64,000 bases of DNA, from positions 5,009,586-5,073,585 of the forward strand of contig OZ252019.1 of assembly GCA_965247435.1 (NCBI GenBank), read 5' to 3'. Source of the DNA: Ilyomonas sp. Its GTDB lineage: Bacteria; Bacteroidota; Bacteroidia; Chitinophagales; Chitinophagaceae. Position 1 is the first letter of the stretch, and each line of letters starts with the position of its first letter. The notes below the pieces were generated by a model. The model ran no database searches. It was given only the letters and a program-made list of their open reading frames with translations, and was not told the DNA's origin. Position numbers and translations under genes: made by a program. This document shows, piece after piece, positions 61,250 to 64,000 of the stretch.

Positions 61250-61579
61250 AACAGCATACCAACTGCCATTTGATGAGCAAAGCCACCAGCGGCCGGGAAA
61301 CCGCTGCGCGGGAAATAAACGCCCTTAGCGCATACAAAAAGCCTGTTGCGACAGCGTTTCAGGGCTGTTGATGAAACTTTTGATGCCTGTAACCTTTTAT
61401 CTTTTCGGTTGTACGCCCGATCCGGCGTGCAGGGCAGACGCATGAAATTTCAATAAGCCGAAGATTTGGCTTTCAACAAGGGTTGTTCACAATAAGTATT
61501 TTTTCATGGAAAAACATACAAGTTATTCAGATGGGGATGAAAGCAGGTTTAAATTATATTAATAGCAGCAAAAAAAGAA

Positions 61580-62707
61580 ATGCAAAGCCCTATTATGTAT
61601 TTTGCTGCTATGGATGATTTCCGACAATTAGGAAAAGTAAAACATAAGCTTGACAATATTATAGCCATTACTATAGCAGCAGTAATATGCGGATGTGAAA
61701 ACTGGTATGAAATAGAAGATTATGGAAGGCAAAAAGAAGGATGGCTCCGTACATTTTTAGATTTACCCAAAGGTGTACCTGGGCATGATACCTACCGTCG
61801 TTTTTTTATGTGGGTTAATCCAAAGAAACTAGAACAGTGCTTTATAGAATGGATAAGGTCTGTATGCGCTATAACAGAAGGGCGGATTATAAGCATTGAT
61901 AGCAAATGTCTTCGTGGAAGCAAGGGTGATAATCCCTCATTTGTGCACATGGTAAGTGCCTGGTGCAACACCAATAATATGGTACTTGCACAAGAGAAGG
62001 TGGATGAGAAAAGCAATGAGATAACAGCCATTCCCGCTTTACTTGAAATACTGGTAGTTAAAGGCTGCATGGTAACAATAGATGCGATGGGTTGCCAGCG
62101 TACCATAGCTGAAAAGATTGTAGAAGCGCAAGGAGATTATTTGCTATCTGTAAAAAGCAATCAGGAAGTTTTACTGGATGATATAACAGAAGCCTTTACT
62201 CACGGTAAAACAGAAGATGAGTACACAGAAAAAGCAGTAGGTCACGGTCGTGTAGAAAGCCGCACCACCCGTGTAATTACAGACTTAAGCTGGATATGCA
62301 ATGAAGAAGACTGGAAGAAATTAGCATGTATTATAATGGTATTTGCTACTCGCTACAATAAAAAAACAGGAGCAGAAGAGCAATCAGTGCGTTATTATAT
62401 AAGCAGCAAAACGGCGAGTGCAAAATACTTTCATGAGGCAGTTCGTTCCCACTGGGGCATAGAAAATAAACTTCATTGGTGCATGGATGTAATATTCGGG
62501 GAAGATAAAAGCAAAAAACAAGCACGGGACAGTGCACAAAACTTTTCGCTTATTAACAAAGTAGCCTTGAATATGATAAAAAATTACAAGCCGGATGAAG
62601 TCATTGGCTCTAAAAAGATAAGCATGATACGAAAACGAAAAATGGCAAACAGAGATAACGAATATCTACTCGATATTTTATTGTCCTTTAATACCAAAAA
62701 ACAGTGA
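61580..62707 (+). mobile_element. ISAs1-family (IS4-related, H-repeat-associated) transposase. The element probably spans about 61.48-62.77 kb
   Basis: DDE_Tnp_1_assoc N-terminus (IIAITIAAVICGCENWYEIEDYG...) and DDE_Tnp_1 core (LSVKSNQEVL...). Terminal repeats not resolved by eye. Confidence 0.75.
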
Positions 62708-62780
62708 CCTTTCATGCGTCCGCCCTGATCCGGCGGCGGCCGGCGCTGCTTTCTACCAACTGTGGGCTATCTTTGCGCGC

Positions 62781-63191
62781 ATGGTTTACCTCACGCGGTT
62801 AGAACATTTTAATGCGGCGCACAAGCTGTACAACCCGGGCTGGAGCCGGGAGAAAAACGAGGAAGTCTTTGGCGTATGCGCCAATGATAACTGGCATGGC
62901 CACAATTTTGATTTACATGTAACGATAAAAGGAAAACCCGACCCGGACACCGGTTTTTTAATGGATGCCAAAAAGTTAAGCGCTTTAATTAATGAGCATA
63001 TACTGGAGCAGCTCGATCATAAAAACCTTAATCTCGATGTGCCTTTTTTGAAAGGTATGATGTGCACCACCGAAAATTTAGCGATGGTTATCTGGCAGCA
63101 GCTATTGCCTCATTTGCCCCGTACGGTGCAGTTACATGCCATCAAGCTGTATGAAACGCCGCGCATCTATGTGGAGTATTTCGGGGAATAA
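62781..63191 (+). CDS. queD: 6-carboxy-5,6,7,8-tetrahydropterin synthase / PTPS-family protein
   Basis: HGHNF...H catalytic motif and overall PTPS fold length (136 aa). Confidence 0.75.
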   Translation: MVYLTRLEHFNAAHKLYNPGWSREKNEEVFGVCANDNWHGHNFDLHVTIKGKPDPDTGFLMDAKKLSALINEHILEQLDHKNLNLDVPFLKGMMCTTENLAMVIWQQLLPHLPRTVQLHAIKLYETPRIYVEYFGE

Positions 63192-63310
63192 GACACATGC
63201 ATTTTTCTGCATCGTTATACAATCACAGACCCAACGTACGCCGGCATAAAACTAATCCGGCACATTAATAGCCGTACAACATTTTTACTCCTCCTTCAAC
63301 CAATATACCT

Positions 63311-63883
63311 GTGATCAACGAATTTGACGGAACTATTGCCCTGCTCGACAACTCATTGATTTATTATATTATCTGTACGGATACAGACGGCAATTATAGC
63401 TATATCAACCGCAATTATGCGCGTACCTTTCATTACATAGACGACAACTTTGTAGGCAAGCCTTATTACATTACCATGCATCCGGACGACCGGAAAACCT
63501 GCGAAGAAACTTCTTACAAGTGTATGCAGCATCCGGATTCCACATTTCCGGCTACGATCAGAAAACACAACGGCAGTGGTGGCTATATCATTACGCAGTG
63601 GGAATACAAAGCGATGTTCAACGATGAAGGTGTATTTACCGGTATGTTTTGTCTTGGCTTCGATATTACGGAGCTGGACAAGAAAAAAGATACACTTAAA
63701 CAGATTGCGTTTGAGCAGTCGCACCTGGTGCGGGCGCCGCTGTCCAATATACTCGGCCTTATCAATATACTGCACAAGATGGAGATGGACGAAAGCCTGA
63801 AGACCATGATAGATATGCTGCAGGAAAGCTCCAGAAAGTTAGATGCGGTGATCCGGCAGATTGTTAATAAAACGTATAGTTAG
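63311..63883 (+). CDS. PAS-domain protein ending in a HisKA-like phosphoacceptor helix, with no HATPase domain
   Basis: PAS fold, then FEQSHLVRAPLSNILGLINIL (H-box). The ORF stops at 190 aa without a catalytic domain. Confidence 0.55.
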   Translation: MINEFDGTIALLDNSLIYYIICTDTDGNYSYINRNYARTFHYIDDNFVGKPYYITMHPDDRKTCEETSYKCMQHPDSTFPATIRKHNGSGGYIITQWEYKAMFNDEGVFTGMFCLGFDITELDKKKDTLKQIAFEQSHLVRAPLSNILGLINILHKMEMDESLKTMIDMLQESSRKLDAVIRQIVNKTYS

Positions 63884-63911
63884 CAGCTATCGGGGTATGC
63901 TTTATAATAGC

Positions 63912-63937
63912 CCTGCCTGCACAAAGGCGCAGGCAGG
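63912..63937. repeat. Hairpin CCTGCCTGC-ACAAAGGC-GCAGGCAGG (same family as the GCCTGCC...CAAAGGC repeats)
   Basis: Perfect 9-bp stem downstream of the PAS/HisKA gene. Confidence 0.4.
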
Positions 63938-64000
63938 CGTACTTAAAAAAGTAAAAGTATTTTCGGTTGTTTAATGTGCAATCAGCTTGGTAAATTCCGA

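Noticed and set aside
61147-61443. 98-aa minus-strand ORF between gldF and the IS
   Set aside because: Composition and sequence look non-protein-like. The region is more likely degraded or intergenic DNA carrying the 24-bp repeat.
1-64000. tRNA, rRNA and CRISPR arrays
   Set aside because: No cloverleaf-compatible GTTCGA/TTCGAATCC-type T-arm contexts, rDNA or regularly spaced direct repeats were found by eye. A tRNAscan or CRISPR-finder run would be needed to be certain.

Overview
This looks like a Bacteroidota chromosomal segment, probably Chitinophagaceae- or Sphingobacteriia-like. T9SS C-terminal sorting domains, gldF, a split ada cluster and an N-acetylornithine-type arg operon support that placement. 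Most of the window is housekeeping: rsgA, recQ, nadD, ybeY, mnmG, nadA, an arginine-biosynthesis operon (GNAT-argG-argC-argD-argF'-argB-argE ... argH), glnS, iscS-iscU-iscA, mce, dnaN, gpmA and an ada/alkB adaptive-response cluster. I found no rRNA, tRNA or CRISPR. The accessory content is: (1) an AT-rich island at about 26.1-28.8 kb holding a TGCAC-repeat array, a doubly frameshifted zeta-toxin-like P-loop kinase, an overlapping 50-aa ORF, a winged-helix+HNH nuclease and two small orphan ORFs. This is my best candidate for an uncharacterised defence-type module. (2) A PemK/MazF + DUF104 toxin-antitoxin pair and a Fic fragment inserted inside the arg operon. (3) A YdjG/YdjI-like zinc-ribbon + SPFH-SHOCT + small membrane protein module. 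(4) An ISAs1-family IS downstream of gldF, where gldG appears to be missing. (5) Several families of small GC-rich palindromic or REP/MITE-like repeats, including in-frame copies inside argC and a pair of 24-bp inverted repeats bracketing gldF. (6) Pseudogenes: a frameshifted deoxyinosine/uracil-DNA-glycosylase-like gene, a T9SS CTD remnant and a four-helix-bundle fragment. A GC-rich structured intergenic region ending in a strong terminator hairpin upstream of a lipoprotein gene may be an sRNA or leader. Start codons are approximate. The ORF track seems to allow non-ATG starts, so several starts were moved to the first plausible ATG.
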